A stretch of DNA of 64,000 bases from an uncultured bacterium (lineage in GTDB: Bacteria; Bacillota; Clostridia; Lachnospirales; Lachnospiraceae): NCBI GenBank assembly GCA_947381965.1, contig CANCXX010000014.1, positions 2,270-66,269 on the forward strand. Direction: 5' to 3'. Every line of letters starts with the position of its first letter. Positions within the stretch are counted from its first letter, which is position 1. The notes beneath the pieces were generated by a model, which did no database searches, was not told where the DNA came from, and saw only the letters and a list, made by a program, of their open reading frames with translations. This document shows positions 27,161-38,514 of the stretch, piece by piece. A program made the translations under genes and the position numbers.

Positions 27161-27886
27161 ATGAAGATTATCAAAGCAAAAGATTACGAGCAGATGAGCC
27201 GTATGGCAGCAAACATCCTTTCCGCCCAGGTTATCATGAAACCGGACTGCGTTCTGGGACTTGCTACCGGTTCCACACCAATCGGCACCTACAATCAGCT
27301 GATTGAATGGTACAAAAAAGGGGATATCGACTTTAGCGGAATTACCACTGTCAATCTGGATGAATACAAGGGCCTTTCCCCTGAAAATGACCAGAGCTAC
27401 CGTTATTTTATGAATACCCATCTTTTTGATCATGTAAACATTGACAAAAGCAGAACTTTTGTCCCTGACGGGCTGGAAGCAGATTCTGCAAAAGCCTGCT
27501 CTGATTATGACCAGATTATTGCCGACTGCGGCGGTATTGACTTACAGCTTTTAGGACTTGGCAACAACGGCCATATTGGATTTAATGAGCCTGCGGATGC
27601 TTTTGCAAAAGGAACCCACTGTGTACGCCTTACTCAAAGTACCATCGACGCCAACGCAAGATTTTTTGCCTCTCTTGATGAAGTTCCCAGAGAAGCATAT
27701 ACTATGGGTATCGGAACCATTATGCTGGCAAAGAAAATCGTTGTTGTTGTCAACGGTTCCGGGAAAGCAGATATTGTTAAAAAGGCCTTCTTTGGCCCTA
27801 TTACCCCCCAGGTTCCCGCTTCTATTCTCCAGCTTCACAGCGATGTTACTGTTGTTGGTGATGCAGAAGCATTGTCAGCCCTGTAA
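27161..27886 (+). CDS. nagB: Glucosamine-6-phosphate deaminase
   Basis: LGLATGSTP, NLDEY, GLGNNGHIGFNEP and PASILQLH. AGGAGG RBS. Confidence 0.97.
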   Translation: MKIIKAKDYEQMSRMAANILSAQVIMKPDCVLGLATGSTPIGTYNQLIEWYKKGDIDFSGITTVNLDEYKGLSPENDQSYRYFMNTHLFDHVNIDKSRTFVPDGLEADSAKACSDYDQIIADCGGIDLQLLGLGNNGHIGFNEPADAFAKGTHCVRLTQSTIDANARFFASLDEVPREAYTMGIGTIMLAKKIVVVVNGSGKADIVKKAFFGPITPQVPASILQLHSDVTVVGDAEALSAL

Positions 27887-27891
27887 ATCCC

Positions 27892-27922
27892 ACCCGCCAG
27901 ATAGAATATTCTGGCGGGTTTT
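27892..27922 (+). terminator. nagB terminator
   Basis: ACCCGCCAGA...TCTGGCGGGT-TTT. Confidence 0.7.
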
Positions 27923-27950
27923 CACATATTGAAGAGAGGTTAAATAAAAA

Positions 27951-29264
27951 ATGATACTGCTGCCTCATATTTTAATTTTATGGATGCTAATGGACAAAGG
28001 AAATCTCTTATTTCGCCTTATACTGGTTTTATTTTATTTTGCCAGCCTCTGCCTTTTTCATCTGATGCCGTTCCAGCGGAAAAAAGCCCCCTCCTTCCGA
28101 CTTTTTATCATGTATGGCGGCCGGAAGATTATTCGTACCTGTACTTTGGGCATTTGGATACAGATCTTCATTTATCTGCTGAAAATCCCAGTCCGTGTGG
28201 CTCCAGCTGACGTATCATGGCCTGTTATTCTTATTTTTGACGGAATTTTTACCTTTTTATACTTCTATTTACTGATTTTAAATGGCTGTATCCGTATTCT
28301 TTGCACCTGCCGGAGTCTTGGAATCTGGAAACGTGTCCTGATTGCCTGCTTTCTGTGGATTCCTCTCCTTCACCTGTTTTTTGCAAAATATTTAAGCCGA
28401 AGGGCTTATGAAGAATATGACGCTGAAAGATGCCGTTTTGAAAACAGACGTCTCCGGTCCGGTTCCGGGATTTGCGCCCTTCGCTATCCCATCATCATGC
28501 TGCACGGCATTGGGTTCCGGGATTTGCGCTACTTTAACTATTGGGGCAGAATCCCAAAAGAACTGGTGCAAAATGGCGCCGTCGTCTACTATGGTCATCA
28601 GCAGGCATGGGGAACCATTGAAGATAATGCTGAAATTATCCAAAAAAAGATAAATGTGATACTGGAAGAAAATCATTGTGACAAAGTGAATCTCATCGCC
28701 CACTCAAAAGGGGGACTTGACGCCCGTTATCTGATTTCAGGGCTGCATATGGATGGGAAAATCGCCTCTCTTACTACCATTTCCACTCCCCACAGAGGTT
28801 CAGAGCTTTTACTGCTTTTAAACCGTCTGCCTGACAGTGTTTATCATTTTGTATCTTCTCTTTTCGACCGTGTTTACGCTGCTTTTGGAGACACAAGACC
28901 TGACTGCTATCATGCAAGCAAACAGCTTTCCCCGGAATTTTGCAGGGAATTTAATAAAAAATACCCGGATTCCCCAAATGTATACTATCAAAGTTACTCT
29001 TCCTGTATGAAGCATTCCCTTGGAGATACCCTTTTGTGTATTCCCAATCTGTTAATGCGTTTTGCAGGCGCTTCCCAAAATGACGGACTGGTAACGATAG
29101 AATCCGCAAAATGGGGAAACTTCAAGAAGAATTTTACAAGCAGCGGCAGACGCGGAATCTCCCATGGAGATATGATCGATCTAAAAAGAGAAGACTACAG
29201 AGGCTTTGACGTAATAGAAGCCTATGTGGAAATTGCTGCGGATCTAAAGAAAATGGGCTTTTGA
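27951..29264 (+). CDS. Membrane-anchored lipase-like alpha/beta hydrolase
   Basis: Hydrophobic N-terminal segments, PIIMLHG, nucleophile elbow AHSKGG, TPHRGS, NDGLV and SHGD. Confidence 0.85.
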   Translation: MILLPHILILWMLMDKGNLLFRLILVLFYFASLCLFHLMPFQRKKAPSFRLFIMYGGRKIIRTCTLGIWIQIFIYLLKIPVRVAPADVSWPVILIFDGIFTFLYFYLLILNGCIRILCTCRSLGIWKRVLIACFLWIPLLHLFFAKYLSRRAYEEYDAERCRFENRRLRSGSGICALRYPIIMLHGIGFRDLRYFNYWGRIPKELVQNGAVVYYGHQQAWGTIEDNAEIIQKKINVILEENHCDKVNLIAHSKGGLDARYLISGLHMDGKIASLTTISTPHRGSELLLLLNRLPDSVYHFVSSLFDRVYAAFGDTRPDCYHASKQLSPEFCREFNKKYPDSPNVYYQSYSSCMKHSLGDTLLCIPNLLMRFAGASQNDGLVTIESAKWGNFKKNFTSSGRRGISHGDMIDLKREDYRGFDVIEAYVEIAADLKKMGF

Positions 29265-29614
29265 AAATGGCATGTATTGGTACATATCCTCTTTGAATTT
29301 CATTTATGATATGGTTGTATTTGTTTATAAAAAATGTTATAATTTTTCATAGATTTCAACCAGCATTCCTTTAGATAGAAACCATTTTTACATAAATATA
29401 CAGTCGGCGTTCTGTCGGCAATGGAAACTATCAACCGACGGACTGGTTTACAGACTGCTATTCATGGCATGGCTGTGAATAGTGATATTCAGATATGCAG
29501 AAAGCCCCGGACCTTGACAAAAGAATATAGTGTTGTATTTAAGCTGTTCATAAACCCAAAACAAGGGCAACAAAAATTGTTTACTTGTTTTTAAATGAGA
29601 GAATAGGAGATGTT

Positions 29615-31306
29615 ATGTTAGATAAAGTAAAATACATGAAAGTGGAAAAGAAACTGAAATTCTGCTTTACCTTAGTTGTTGTCATAGCCTGCATTTCAAG
29701 TATTCTTGGTCTGATTTTTCTGTTTTATAATGACGTTAAGTTCAGCGATGCTCTGGTAACAAACGGATTTTCCCAGGGAGAAATCGGTATTTTCAGCACC
29801 TATCTGAATAAAGAACCCTCTATCGTAAGAGAAATGATTTTGTCAACTGATAACGATGAAATACAGGCATCTGCAAACGAACTGGAGGCGACCCGCCTGC
29901 TTACAAATGATGCGTTTATGGTAATGAGGGAGCATTGCACTTCCAAAGAAGAAGCGCCTTATATGACCACGATTCAGGAAACGCTGCCCCAATACCGGGA
30001 AATTTTTGAACAGGTAAAAGAGCTTGCTCTAAGTAATAAGGATGATGAGGCTTATGCTCTTTTAGTTGCCCAGGGAAAACCCACTTTAAAAAAGCTGACC
30101 GATGCGGTGGAAGGGCTGATTGACCTGAATGTAACCATGGGCAATGATGTAGCCCAAAGTCTGGAAATCCAGACCTATGTGATTATTGCTATTATGGTTA
30201 TTGTGATCATTATCTCTATTATTATTTCCATGAAAATTGCAGGGTTTGTTGCAAAGCTTTTCTCAGAACCAATTATCAAAGTGAAAGAAGCTACTTCCAT
30301 GCTTGCCCATGGGGATTTGAAAAACATTAAAATAGAAAAAATGTATCCCGATGAAATCGGTGAAATGACAGACTCCTTTATGGAAGCAATTGGACTGTTA
30401 AGTTTATATATACAAGATCTTGACAGAGTATTAAGCAATGTTGCCGCCGGAAACTTTAATGTATCCGCTGAAGCAGACTTCAGAGGTGATTTCTTAGCTC
30501 TTACCAGTGCAATTTCCACTTTCACTACTTCTTTAAGCGATACCCTTGCCAAAATTAATGAAGCATCTGAACAGGTTGCTTTAGGCGCCGGCCAGATGGC
30601 GGAAAGCGCACAATCCCTGGCAGAGGGAGCAACTGATCAGGCTGGTTCCGTGGAAGAACTTACAGCTACGATTCAGAACATTACCGAAACTGTTGTCAAC
30701 AGCTCTGAAAAAGCAAACCAGTCTTATTTGAATGCTGAAGAATTTGAACACGCTGCTGAAAAGAGCAATGAGGATATTAAGCATTTGAACTCTGCAATGG
30801 AGCGAATCAATGACACATCCAAACAGATTGCAAATATTATTGCGGAAATCGAAGACATCGCTTCCCAGACAAATCTTTTATCCCTGAATGCTTCTATTGA
30901 AGCGGCAAGGGCTGGAGAGGCCGGAAGAGGTTTTGCCGTTGTTGCAGACCAAATCGGCAAGCTGGCATCTGACAGCGCAAATTCAGCAGTCAACACAAAG
31001 AAACTGATTGAAAACTCCATCGCAGAAATAGAAAATGGAAATGAAATTACCCTAAAGGCCACCACTGCAATGGAATCCGTTATCAACGGCATTAAGATGC
31101 TTGCAGTTTCCACAAAGGAAATCAGCGATTTATCCATTTCCCAGGCAGATGCTATGAAACAGTTAGAACAGGGCGTAGAGCAAATTTCTGAAGTAATACA
31201 AAACAACTCGGCAGCAGCACAGCAATCCTCTGCCACAAGTGAAGAATTATCTGCACAATCTGAAAACCTGGAACAGCTGGTAAGACAGTTCCAGTTAAAG
31301 GTTTAA
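29615..31306 (+). CDS. Methyl-accepting chemotaxis protein
   Basis: Two TMs, HAMP (DEIGEM) and signalling hairpin [30 protein letters not shown]. Confidence 0.96.
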   Translation: MLDKVKYMKVEKKLKFCFTLVVVIACISSILGLIFLFYNDVKFSDALVTNGFSQGEIGIFSTYLNKEPSIVREMILSTDNDEIQASANELEATRLLTNDAFMVMREHCTSKEEAPYMTTIQETLPQYREIFEQVKELALSNKDDEAYALLVAQGKPTLKKLTDAVEGLIDLNVTMGNDVAQSLEIQTYVIIAIMVIVIIISIIISMKIAGFVAKLFSEPIIKVKEATSMLAHGDLKNIKIEKMYPDEIGEMTDSFMEAIGLLSLYIQDLDRVLSNVAAGNFNVSAEADFRGDFLALTSAISTFTTSLSDTLAKINEASEQVALGAGQMAESAQSLAEGATDQAGSVEELTATIQNITETVVNSSEKANQSYLNAEEFEHAAEKSNEDIKHLNSAMERINDTSKQIANIIAEIEDIASQTNLLSLNASIEAARAGEAGRGFAVVADQIGKLASDSANSAVNTKKLIENSIAEIENGNEITLKATTAMESVINGIKMLAVSTKEISDLSISQADAMKQLEQGVEQISEVIQNNSAAAQQSSATSEELSAQSENLEQLVRQFQLKV

Positions 31307-31428
31307 AAATTATCTTTAATCAAAAACTTATTTACAATACACAGCTAAGCGATACATAGCATATATATTCTTTTTTTACTGCCTGAATATATGGGGAAAA
31401 CGGGTAATTATTGGTATCAGAACCTGCA

Positions 31429-31474
31429 AAAGAGGTATCCGAAAGAAATTTCTCTTTCTTTCGGATACCTCTTT
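31429..31474. terminator. Bidirectional terminator between the convergent MCP and mtnA genes
   Basis: 20-bp perfect inverted repeat AAAGAGGTATCCGAAAGAAA / TTTCTTTCGGATACCTCTTT. Confidence 0.8.
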
Positions 31475-31490
31475 ATTTTAGATATGGAAT

Positions 31491-32600
31491 CTATTTTCCC
31501 CCACTGCACAAGAAGGAAAGGGATTCTTTATATGGCGCTCTGGCTATCCCTTTCTCTGTCACTATAGCTGTTATCAGCTCATTGTCCGTTACGTCAAATG
31601 CCGGATTGTACACCTTAATTCCTTCCGGCGCCATCCGTTCCTTATACCACATTTCCGTAACTTCCTCTGCCGGCCTTTGTTCGATTTTGATTTCCGCCCC
31701 TGTAGGTGTGGCAAGGTCAACTGTTGAAGTGGGAGCACATACATAAAAAGGCACATGATAGCGTTTCGCCACCGCTGCTACCATGGAAGTACCTATTTTA
31801 TTTGCAGTATCTCCATTGGCCGCCACACGGTCACATCCAACAAATACTGCCTGAACCCATCCATTTTTCATTACCATGGAAGACATATTATCACAAATAA
31901 GGGTCACATCCACACCAGCGCTGTGCAACTCATAAGCGGTAAGCCTGGCCCCCTGCAAAAGAGGTCTTGTTTCGTCCGCAAACACCCGGAAATTGTATCC
32001 TCTCTCCTGTCCCAGATAAATAGGCGCGGTAGCTGTTCCATATTTGCATGTGGCAAGCTGTCCTGCATTGCAATGGGTCAATATACCGTCTCCCGGCTTT
32101 ACAAGGCAAAGTCCATTTTCACCAATTGCCCTGCATACCCGGATATCCTCCTGCTTTATTTCTTTTGCCTCCCTGCCAAGAAGCTCTATAATTTCGTTCA
32201 GGTTTTTTCCCGCTTTATGGGCCTGCCTGCATACCCTATCCATACGCTCCAATGCCCAGGATAAGTTTACTGCAGTTGGTCTTGCAGAATTTAAAAATTC
32301 TTTCTGCTCCTTAAACTTATCATAAAATATGTCAAAAAAACTGTTACTGGCCTTATCTTCAAAGTGAAGAATTTCATCCGCTGTCTGTGCTGCCAGTATA
32401 TAAATACCAAAGGCTGCTGTAACCCCAATTGCCGGCGCTCCACGTACTTTTAACAGATAAATGGCATCCCATATCTCCTGGGCGGTCCGCAGCTTAATTA
32501 CTTCTGTTCTTGCGGGAAGCCTGGTCTGGTCAATAATTACAATGCTTCCATCACTTTCATCCAAATCCACTGTCTCATACTCCAAGATACTCTTACCCAT
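31491..32600 (-). CDS. mtnA: S-methyl-5-thioribose-1-phosphate isomerase
   Basis: [38 protein letters not shown] and NPAFDVT. Confidence 0.95.
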   Translation of the reverse strand: MGKSILEYETVDLDESDGSIVIIDQTRLPARTEVIKLRTAQEIWDAIYLLKVRGAPAIGVTAAFGIYILAAQTADEILHFEDKASNSFFDIFYDKFKEQKEFLNSARPTAVNLSWALERMDRVCRQAHKAGKNLNEIIELLGREAKEIKQEDIRVCRAIGENGLCLVKPGDGILTHCNAGQLATCKYGTATAPIYLGQERGYNFRVFADETRPLLQGARLTAYELHSAGVDVTLICDNMSSMVMKNGWVQAVFVGCDRVAANGDTANKIGTSMVAAVAKRYHVPFYVCAPTSTVDLATPTGAEIKIEQRPAEEVTEMWYKERMAPEGIKVYNPAFDVTDNELITAIVTEKGIARAPYKESLSFLCSGGK

Positions 32601-32640
32601 ATTACCTTTTTCCTTTCCTCCCAGGCAATCCCTGTTTCAA

Positions 32641-32823
32641 TCACAAATTACTTTTAATATTCTCCAATTCCTGTATACAGTAAACAGCGTAAATTAAAAT
32701 CACTGCCATAACTATCGTTCTGTCTATCTTTGCATTTATACGTTTTCTTCTTTTTTCTTTCTTTTTGATTTTTTTCTTTTCCAGTTTTCTCCGCTTTGAT
32801 TCACTGATTTCTTTCTGCGCCAT
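32641..32823 (-). CDS. Small basic protein with one TM helix
   Basis: AAGGAG RBS, Lys/Arg-rich N-terminus, then a hydrophobic helix. Confidence 0.6.
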   Translation of the reverse strand: MAQKEISESKRRKLEKKKIKKKEKRRKRINAKIDRTIVMAVILIYAVYCIQELENIKSNL

Positions 32824-33407
32824 ATTTATTGACTCCTTTAGTCATGTATCTGCAGCCTGTTGTGCCGCGCTGTATATTGTGTGGTCCCAATAGTAGCATT
32901 ATACCAAATTTCTTTCAAAAAAGATAGAATCATGTCCTCACAAAATGCACAGCCAGCGCGCCTTCCTAAGCTGTTAATAGTAGCTTAATCCTCATTGCCC
33001 CATATAAAGCAACATAATTGGTAATACAGTCGCAACCCTTCACAAATGTGCATATATTATTTAAAACCAACTGCTTAACCCGAACGGAGAGCCAATGTCT
33101 GTCACTTCCTTAGATATCCTTAATTTATCCCACTCTTTAAGAGATATATGTGAAATAAACTGTAACACTCCTGAATGCCTTTCCCAATCCCTCAAAATAT
33201 TGCTTCAATGTAACTTAATTGAAGCAAACCTTCAGTTCAACGCACAGTTAAACTGTCCCCCTGTAATGCCGCCTGAAAAAAACGGACATGAAAAACCCCA
33301 TCCAAAACAGGGCACAGGGATTGACCTTACCAATCCCAACTATATTCATCCTCCTGTAAGATAATTGGTATTGCCGACAGGAAAACAGTATATCAAGCCA
33401 CATATAA

Positions 33408-33453
33408 AAGTAAAAAGCACTTACCCCATCAAGGATGTAAGCGCTTTTTACTT
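33408..33453 (-). terminator. Terminator of the butyryl-CoA synthesis operon
   Basis: Inverted repeat AAGTAAAAAGCACTTAC / GTAAGCGCTTTTTACTT. Confidence 0.7.
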
Positions 33454-33517
33454 ATTTATAATTTGGATATTGTCGTATCATCCAGCTGCCTGTACACAAT
33501 AACAGAGTCACAGATGC

Positions 33518-34561
33518 CTATTTTGCAGCCATTTCTGCTTTTAATCTCTCTGTAAGCGCAGGAACAATCTTATTTAAGTCACCAACAATACCATAGTCAG
33601 CTACCTCAAAAATAGGCGCTGTTTCGTCTTTATTAATTGCAATAATAATGTCCGCTTCTTCCATACCCGCTACGTGCTGGATAGCGCCGGAAATACCAAT
33701 TGCAAAGTAAACGTTAGGGCGAACAGTCTTACCTGTCTGTCCAACCTGTAAATCTTTCGGTTTCCACCCTGCATCTACAACTGCACGTGAGCAGCTGACT
33801 GTTCCGCCAATCACTTCTGCAAGGTCTTCAAGTATCTTAAAGTTTTCAGGACTTCCAACGCCACGTCCGCCGGATACCAAAATTTTTGCATCCATAATAT
33901 CAGCAACGTCAGAAACCGCCTTAACAACCTCTAAGATTTCAACATACTTGTCATTGGGAGTAAATCCCGGATTGTATTCTACAACAACCGCTTTCTTTCC
34001 CTCTTCTCTTGGAGCCTTCTGCATAACGCCCGGACGGACTGTTGCCATCTGCGGACGGAATTCCGGGCAGGCAATGGTAGCAATTGTGTTACCGCCAAAA
34101 GCAGGACGGGTCATTAAAAGCTGATTGTGAAGCTGTTCCTTTCCGGGAACGGGATTAATCGGGAAATCACCAATATCAAGCTGTGTACAGTCTGCTGTCA
34201 GTCCTGTATGTATTCTCGCTGATACTCTGGGACCCAGGTCACGTCCGATTGCAGTTGCCCCAACCAGGAAAATTTCAGGCTTAAACTCATTAATTACAGA
34301 TGAAATCGCATGTGCATAAGGCTCTGTTCTGTATTCTTTCAGTTCAGGGTCATCCACAACGATAACTTTGTCAGCGCCATATTCAGCCAGTTCATCCGCC
34401 AGTCCCTTTACATCGCTTCCTACCAGAACTGCTGTTACTTCCGTGCCCAAATCCTTTGCAAGGTCTTTGCCCTTGCCCACTAATTCTAAAGCGATTCCAC
34501 TAAGTACGTTGTCTACCTGCTGGGCAAAGACAAATACTCCTTTATAATCTTGAATATTCAT
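33518..34561 (-). CDS. etfA: Electron transfer flavoprotein alpha subunit
   Basis: GLTADCT, TRPAFGGN, QVGQTGKTV and GISGAIQH. Confidence 0.97.
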   Translation of the reverse strand: MNIQDYKGVFVFAQQVDNVLSGIALELVGKGKDLAKDLGTEVTAVLVGSDVKGLADELAEYGADKVIVVDDPELKEYRTEPYAHAISSVINEFKPEIFLVGATAIGRDLGPRVSARIHTGLTADCTQLDIGDFPINPVPGKEQLHNQLLMTRPAFGGNTIATIACPEFRPQMATVRPGVMQKAPREEGKKAVVVEYNPGFTPNDKYVEILEVVKAVSDVADIMDAKILVSGGRGVGSPENFKILEDLAEVIGGTVSCSRAVVDAGWKPKDLQVGQTGKTVRPNVYFAIGISGAIQHVAGMEEADIIIAINKDETAPIFEVADYGIVGDLNKIVPALTERLKAEMAAK

Positions 34562-34610
34562 TTTGAACCTCCATTATTGTATTCATATGATTCCGCTTGT
34601 GTAAAACTGT

Positions 34611-35393
34611 TTAAATTACATGTTTTACTTTTAATTTATCAATAATATATTCTACGGATTCTGCCGGGTCAAGGGTAACTTTCTCTCCAGCTCCCTTTCT
34701 GACCTTATCAGAAGCCTTTGCAATCTGGGTAGGTGAACCCTTAAGTCCTAAATTGGAGTCGTCCACGTCAACCAGGTTTGCTCTTCCCCATACAGTAATC
34801 TCTGCATTGTACGCATCAAAAATACCGCCGGGAGTCATATAACGGGGCTCATTTAATTCAGCAAGAGCTGTAATCAGACAAGGCATTTTTGCTTTTAACA
34901 CATGATATCTGTCATCATACTGACGCTCAACAATTACGCTGTCGCCATCAATTTTAATTTTCTGTGCGTAGGAAATTACAGGAATTCCAAGGTGCTCGGA
35001 AATCTGAGGACCTACCTGCGCGGTATCGCCGTCAATTGCCTGACGTCCTGTGATGATTAAGTCATATTCCAGGTTGCGGATTGCTCCGGCTAATGTCTGG
35101 GAAGTTGCCCATGTATCGGCTCCTCCAAGCACTCTGTCTGTTACCAGAATTCCCTTGTCTGCGCCCATAGCCATAGCTTCACGGAGAACTTCTTCTGCTT
35201 TGGGAAGTCCCATGGTCACTACCGTTACTTCTGCGCCGTACTCGTCTTTTAATCTAAGCGCTGCTTCCAGTCCTGCTTTATCATCAGGATTCATGATTGT
35301 GAGCATTGCACCTCTGTCAAGTGTACCATCAGGATTGAACTTAACGCCACCCTTGGTATCAGGTACCTGTTTAACACAAACAACAATTTTCAT
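34611..35393 (-). CDS. etfB: Electron transfer flavoprotein beta subunit
   Basis: MKIVVCVKQVPD, ADTWATS and GRQAIDGDTAQVG. Confidence 0.97.
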   Translation of the reverse strand: MKIVVCVKQVPDTKGGVKFNPDGTLDRGAMLTIMNPDDKAGLEAALRLKDEYGAEVTVVTMGLPKAEEVLREAMAMGADKGILVTDRVLGGADTWATSQTLAGAIRNLEYDLIITGRQAIDGDTAQVGPQISEHLGIPVISYAQKIKIDGDSVIVERQYDDRYHVLKAKMPCLITALAELNEPRYMTPGGIFDAYNAEITVWGRANLVDVDDSNLGLKGSPTQIAKASDKVRKGAGEKVTLDPAESVEYIIDKLKVKHVI

Positions 35394-35488
35394 TGTATTA
35401 TCTCTCCTTATAAATTCATCTTAATCTATTTTCATCTGTCGCATATGATACAAAACGCGCCGCATGACAGCCTGTAATGCTTTTATTT

Positions 35489-36643
35489 TTATTTAAGCAG
35501 TGCGCCCGAAATAACCATTCTCTGTACTTCGCTTGTGCCTTCGTAAATCTCTGTGATCTTGGCATCGCGCATCATACGTTCTACATCGTATTCTCTGATG
35601 TAACCATAGCCGCCGTGAAGCTGAACTGCCTTGGTGGTTACTTCCATTGCAACTTCTGCAGCATATAATTTTGCCTGTGCAGCTTCTACAGAGTAAACCT
35701 TCTGAGTTGCCTTTGCCACTGCTGCTTTGTAAACAAGAAGCTGTGCAGCCTGTACCTTGGTAGCCATGTCTGCTAACTGGAACTGTGTGTTCTGGAAAGC
35801 GCCGATAGCTCTGCCAAACTGCTTTCTTTCTTTTACATATTCAATGGTTCTCTCAAGAGCGCCTTCTGCAAGTCCAAGGGCCTGTGATGCAATACCAATA
35901 CGTCCGCCGTCCAGGGTGTGCATAGCGATTCCAAATCCTTTTCCTTCCTGTCCAAGAAGGTTCTCTTTGGGGATGCGGCAGTCGGTAAAGATTAATTCAT
36001 AAGTGGATGAACCACGGATACCCATCTTCTTTTCCTTGGTACCGAAAGTAAATCCGGGAGTTCCTTTTTCTACGATAAATGCAGAAATCATTTTTTTGCT
36101 TCTGCCTTTTTTGTCTGTAACAACACCTGTTACAGCAAAAATTACATATACATCTGCTTCCTTGCCGTTTGTGATAAAGATCTTGGAGCCGTTAAGCACC
36201 CATTCGTCTCCATCTAAAACAGCTTTGGTCTGCTGTCCCTGTGCGTCTGTTCCTGCACCGGGCTCTGTTAAGCCAAATGCGCCCAGCTTCTCGCCCTTTG
36301 CAAGGGGTACTAAGTATTTCTGTTTCTGCTCTTCTGTACCATATGTCATAATAGGATCACAGCAAAGAGAAGTATGTGCGGAAACGATAACGCCTGTGGT
36401 GCCGCAGACTTTGGATAATTCCTCCACGCACATTGCGTATGTAAGAGGGTCGCAGCCCTGTCCGCCGTACTCCTTGGGAACAGGTATTCCAAGGAAACCT
36501 GCTTTTGCCATTTTTTCAACGGTTCCTCTTGGGAAAACTTCTGTCTCATCCACTTCCTGCGCTAAAGGCTTAACTTCTTTTTCTGCAAACTCCTTGAAAA
36601 GAGTTCTTGCCATTTCATGTTGTTTGGTTAACATAAAATCCAT
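35489..36643 (-). CDS. bcd: Butyryl-CoA dehydrogenase
   Basis: AFGLTEPGAGTD, GSKIFITNG, QLHGGYGY and IYEGTSEVQ, in operon context. Confidence 0.95.
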   Translation of the reverse strand: MDFMLTKQHEMARTLFKEFAEKEVKPLAQEVDETEVFPRGTVEKMAKAGFLGIPVPKEYGGQGCDPLTYAMCVEELSKVCGTTGVIVSAHTSLCCDPIMTYGTEEQKQKYLVPLAKGEKLGAFGLTEPGAGTDAQGQQTKAVLDGDEWVLNGSKIFITNGKEADVYVIFAVTGVVTDKKGRSKKMISAFIVEKGTPGFTFGTKEKKMGIRGSSTYELIFTDCRIPKENLLGQEGKGFGIAMHTLDGGRIGIASQALGLAEGALERTIEYVKERKQFGRAIGAFQNTQFQLADMATKVQAAQLLVYKAAVAKATQKVYSVEAAQAKLYAAEVAMEVTTKAVQLHGGYGYIREYDVERMMRDAKITEIYEGTSEVQRMVISGALLK

Positions 36644-36670
36644 GATATTGATTCCTCCATAAAGTGTTTA

Positions 36671-37516
36671 TTATTTTGAATAGTCATAGAAGCCTTTTCC
36701 GGTCTTCTTTCCAAGCTTGCCTGCACGTACCATCTTTCTAAGAAGCGGGTGAGGACGATACTTGGGATCGCCTGTCTCATTCTGCAGTACTTCCATGATT
36801 GCAAGTACGATATCAAGACCAACCAGGTCGCCCAGAGCAAGAGGTCCCATGGGATGGTTTGCTCCAAGCTTCATAGCTTCATCAATATCAGCCACGCTTG
36901 CGGTTCCGTCAGCATAAATGCCGATTGCTTCATTAATCATCGGGATAAGGATTCTGTTTACAACAAAACCGGGAGCTTCTTTAACCTGTACGGGTGTCTT
37001 GCCGATTTCAACAGAGATTGCCTTAATCTTCTCAACCATTTCATCCGGTGTGTTCTCACCTGCAATCACTTCTACCAGCTTCATTCTGTCAGCAGGGTTA
37101 AAGAAGTGCATTCCAATCATAGGTCTGTCAAGGCCCGCACCGATTTCTGTGATAGATAAAGAGGATGTATTGGAAGCAAACATACATTCAGGCTTAACAA
37201 TTTCCATCAGCTCCTTGAATGTATCTTTCTTAATCTTCATATTCTCAGGCGCAACCTCCACAATAAGGTCACAATCTGTGCAGATATCCTTAAGTCCACA
37301 GGTAATCTTTGCCATAATAGCATCCGCAGCATCCTGTGTGATTTTTTCTTTCTTTACAAGGAAGTTCATGTTTTTCTGGATTCTTGCTTTTCCGCCTTCA
37401 GCAAATTCCATTTTGATGTCGCAAAGGCATACTTCATAGCCTTCTGTCATGGCAAACGCCTGTGCAATCCCGGCACCCATAGTACCTGCACCAATAATAC
37501 CTACTTTCATTTTCAA
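36671..37516 (-). CDS. hbd: 3-hydroxybutyryl-CoA dehydrogenase
   Basis: [27 protein letters not shown] and HPMGPL. Confidence 0.96.
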   Translation of the reverse strand: MKMKVGIIGAGTMGAGIAQAFAMTEGYEVCLCDIKMEFAEGGKARIQKNMNFLVKKEKITQDAADAIMAKITCGLKDICTDCDLIVEVAPENMKIKKDTFKELMEIVKPECMFASNTSSLSITEIGAGLDRPMIGMHFFNPADRMKLVEVIAGENTPDEMVEKIKAISVEIGKTPVQVKEAPGFVVNRILIPMINEAIGIYADGTASVADIDEAMKLGANHPMGPLALGDLVGLDIVLAIMEVLQNETGDPKYRPHPLLRKMVRAGKLGKKTGKGFYDYSK

Positions 37517-37564
37517 ATCCTCCTAATTTTTATTGGCTTATCTATTACATCTGCTGTAATTCTA

Positions 37565-38350
37565 TCAGCAGTTTTTGAAAGGCTCTTTCACCTTTTCTTT
37601 ATTCTTGTCAAGGAAAAACGCCATACCATACTTCTGGTCTTCTGTCTCAAAGCAGTCGCCAAAAAGTTTTTCCTCAATTACAATGGCCTGGTCCATATCC
37701 ACGTCAAGTCCGTCATTAATTGCTTTTTTGCAGTTGCGTACAGCGATGGGAGCATTCTTTGCAATGCCTGCCGCCATCTTTTCTGCTGCGGGCATTAATT
37801 CTTCCTGGGTATAAACTGCATTCACAAGACCAATTCTGTAAGCTTCGTCTGCTTTAATATTTCTCGCTGTGTAAATCATCTGTTTGGCCATGCCTGCACC
37901 TACCAGACGTGCAAGACGCTGGGTTCCGCCAAAGCCGGGGGTAATGCCAAGACCCACTTCAGGCTGTCCGAATACTGCATTGTCAGAGCAGATCCTGATA
38001 TCGCAGCTCATGGAGATTTCACAGCCGCCGCCAAGGGCAAAACCGTTCACTGCCGCAATTACGGGAATAGGGAAAGTCTCCAGCTTACGGAACACATCAT
38101 TTCCCTTCTTTCCAAAAGCTTCCCCTTCCGCCTTGGTGAGGGTGCTCATTTCACCGATATCTGCGCCGGCAACAAAAGATTTCTGTCCTGCCCCTGTTAA
38201 AATCAGACATCTTACTTCCTCAAGATTCACAGCGTCCAAGGTCTGGTCTAACTCCTCAAGAACTGTTGAATTCAAAGCATTCAGCGCCTTTTCGCGGCTG
38301 ATTGTGATAATGCCGTAAGCGCCTTTTTGTTCATAAACAACAAACTCCAT
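37565..38350 (-). CDS. crt: Crotonase (enoyl-CoA hydratase)
   Basis: FVAGADI, GFALGGGCE and GQPEVGLGITPGFGGTQRL. Confidence 0.96.
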   Translation of the reverse strand: MEFVVYEQKGAYGIITISREKALNALNSTVLEELDQTLDAVNLEEVRCLILTGAGQKSFVAGADIGEMSTLTKAEGEAFGKKGNDVFRKLETFPIPVIAAVNGFALGGGCEISMSCDIRICSDNAVFGQPEVGLGITPGFGGTQRLARLVGAGMAKQMIYTARNIKADEAYRIGLVNAVYTQEELMPAAEKMAAGIAKNAPIAVRNCKKAINDGLDVDMDQAIVIEEKLFGDCFETEDQKYGMAFFLDKNKEKVKEPFKNC

Positions 38351-38514
38351 CTTTCTTACTCCTTTTCCTATTTGTGTGATACTTTATCCGGGATGGCATC
38401 CGGCGCACAGCCATGTTGCTGCCAGTCTGCACATTGTCTGACAATATCCTTAATCCCAGACATTCTGATAAGCAGACTTAAATATTAAGCCTGCTTATCC
38501 CTATTTTCCGTTAC

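Noticed and set aside
32870-33400. ORF 33095-33364 and a short minus-strand ORF in the long spacer after etfA
   Set aside because: No well-placed RBS and no recognisable motifs.
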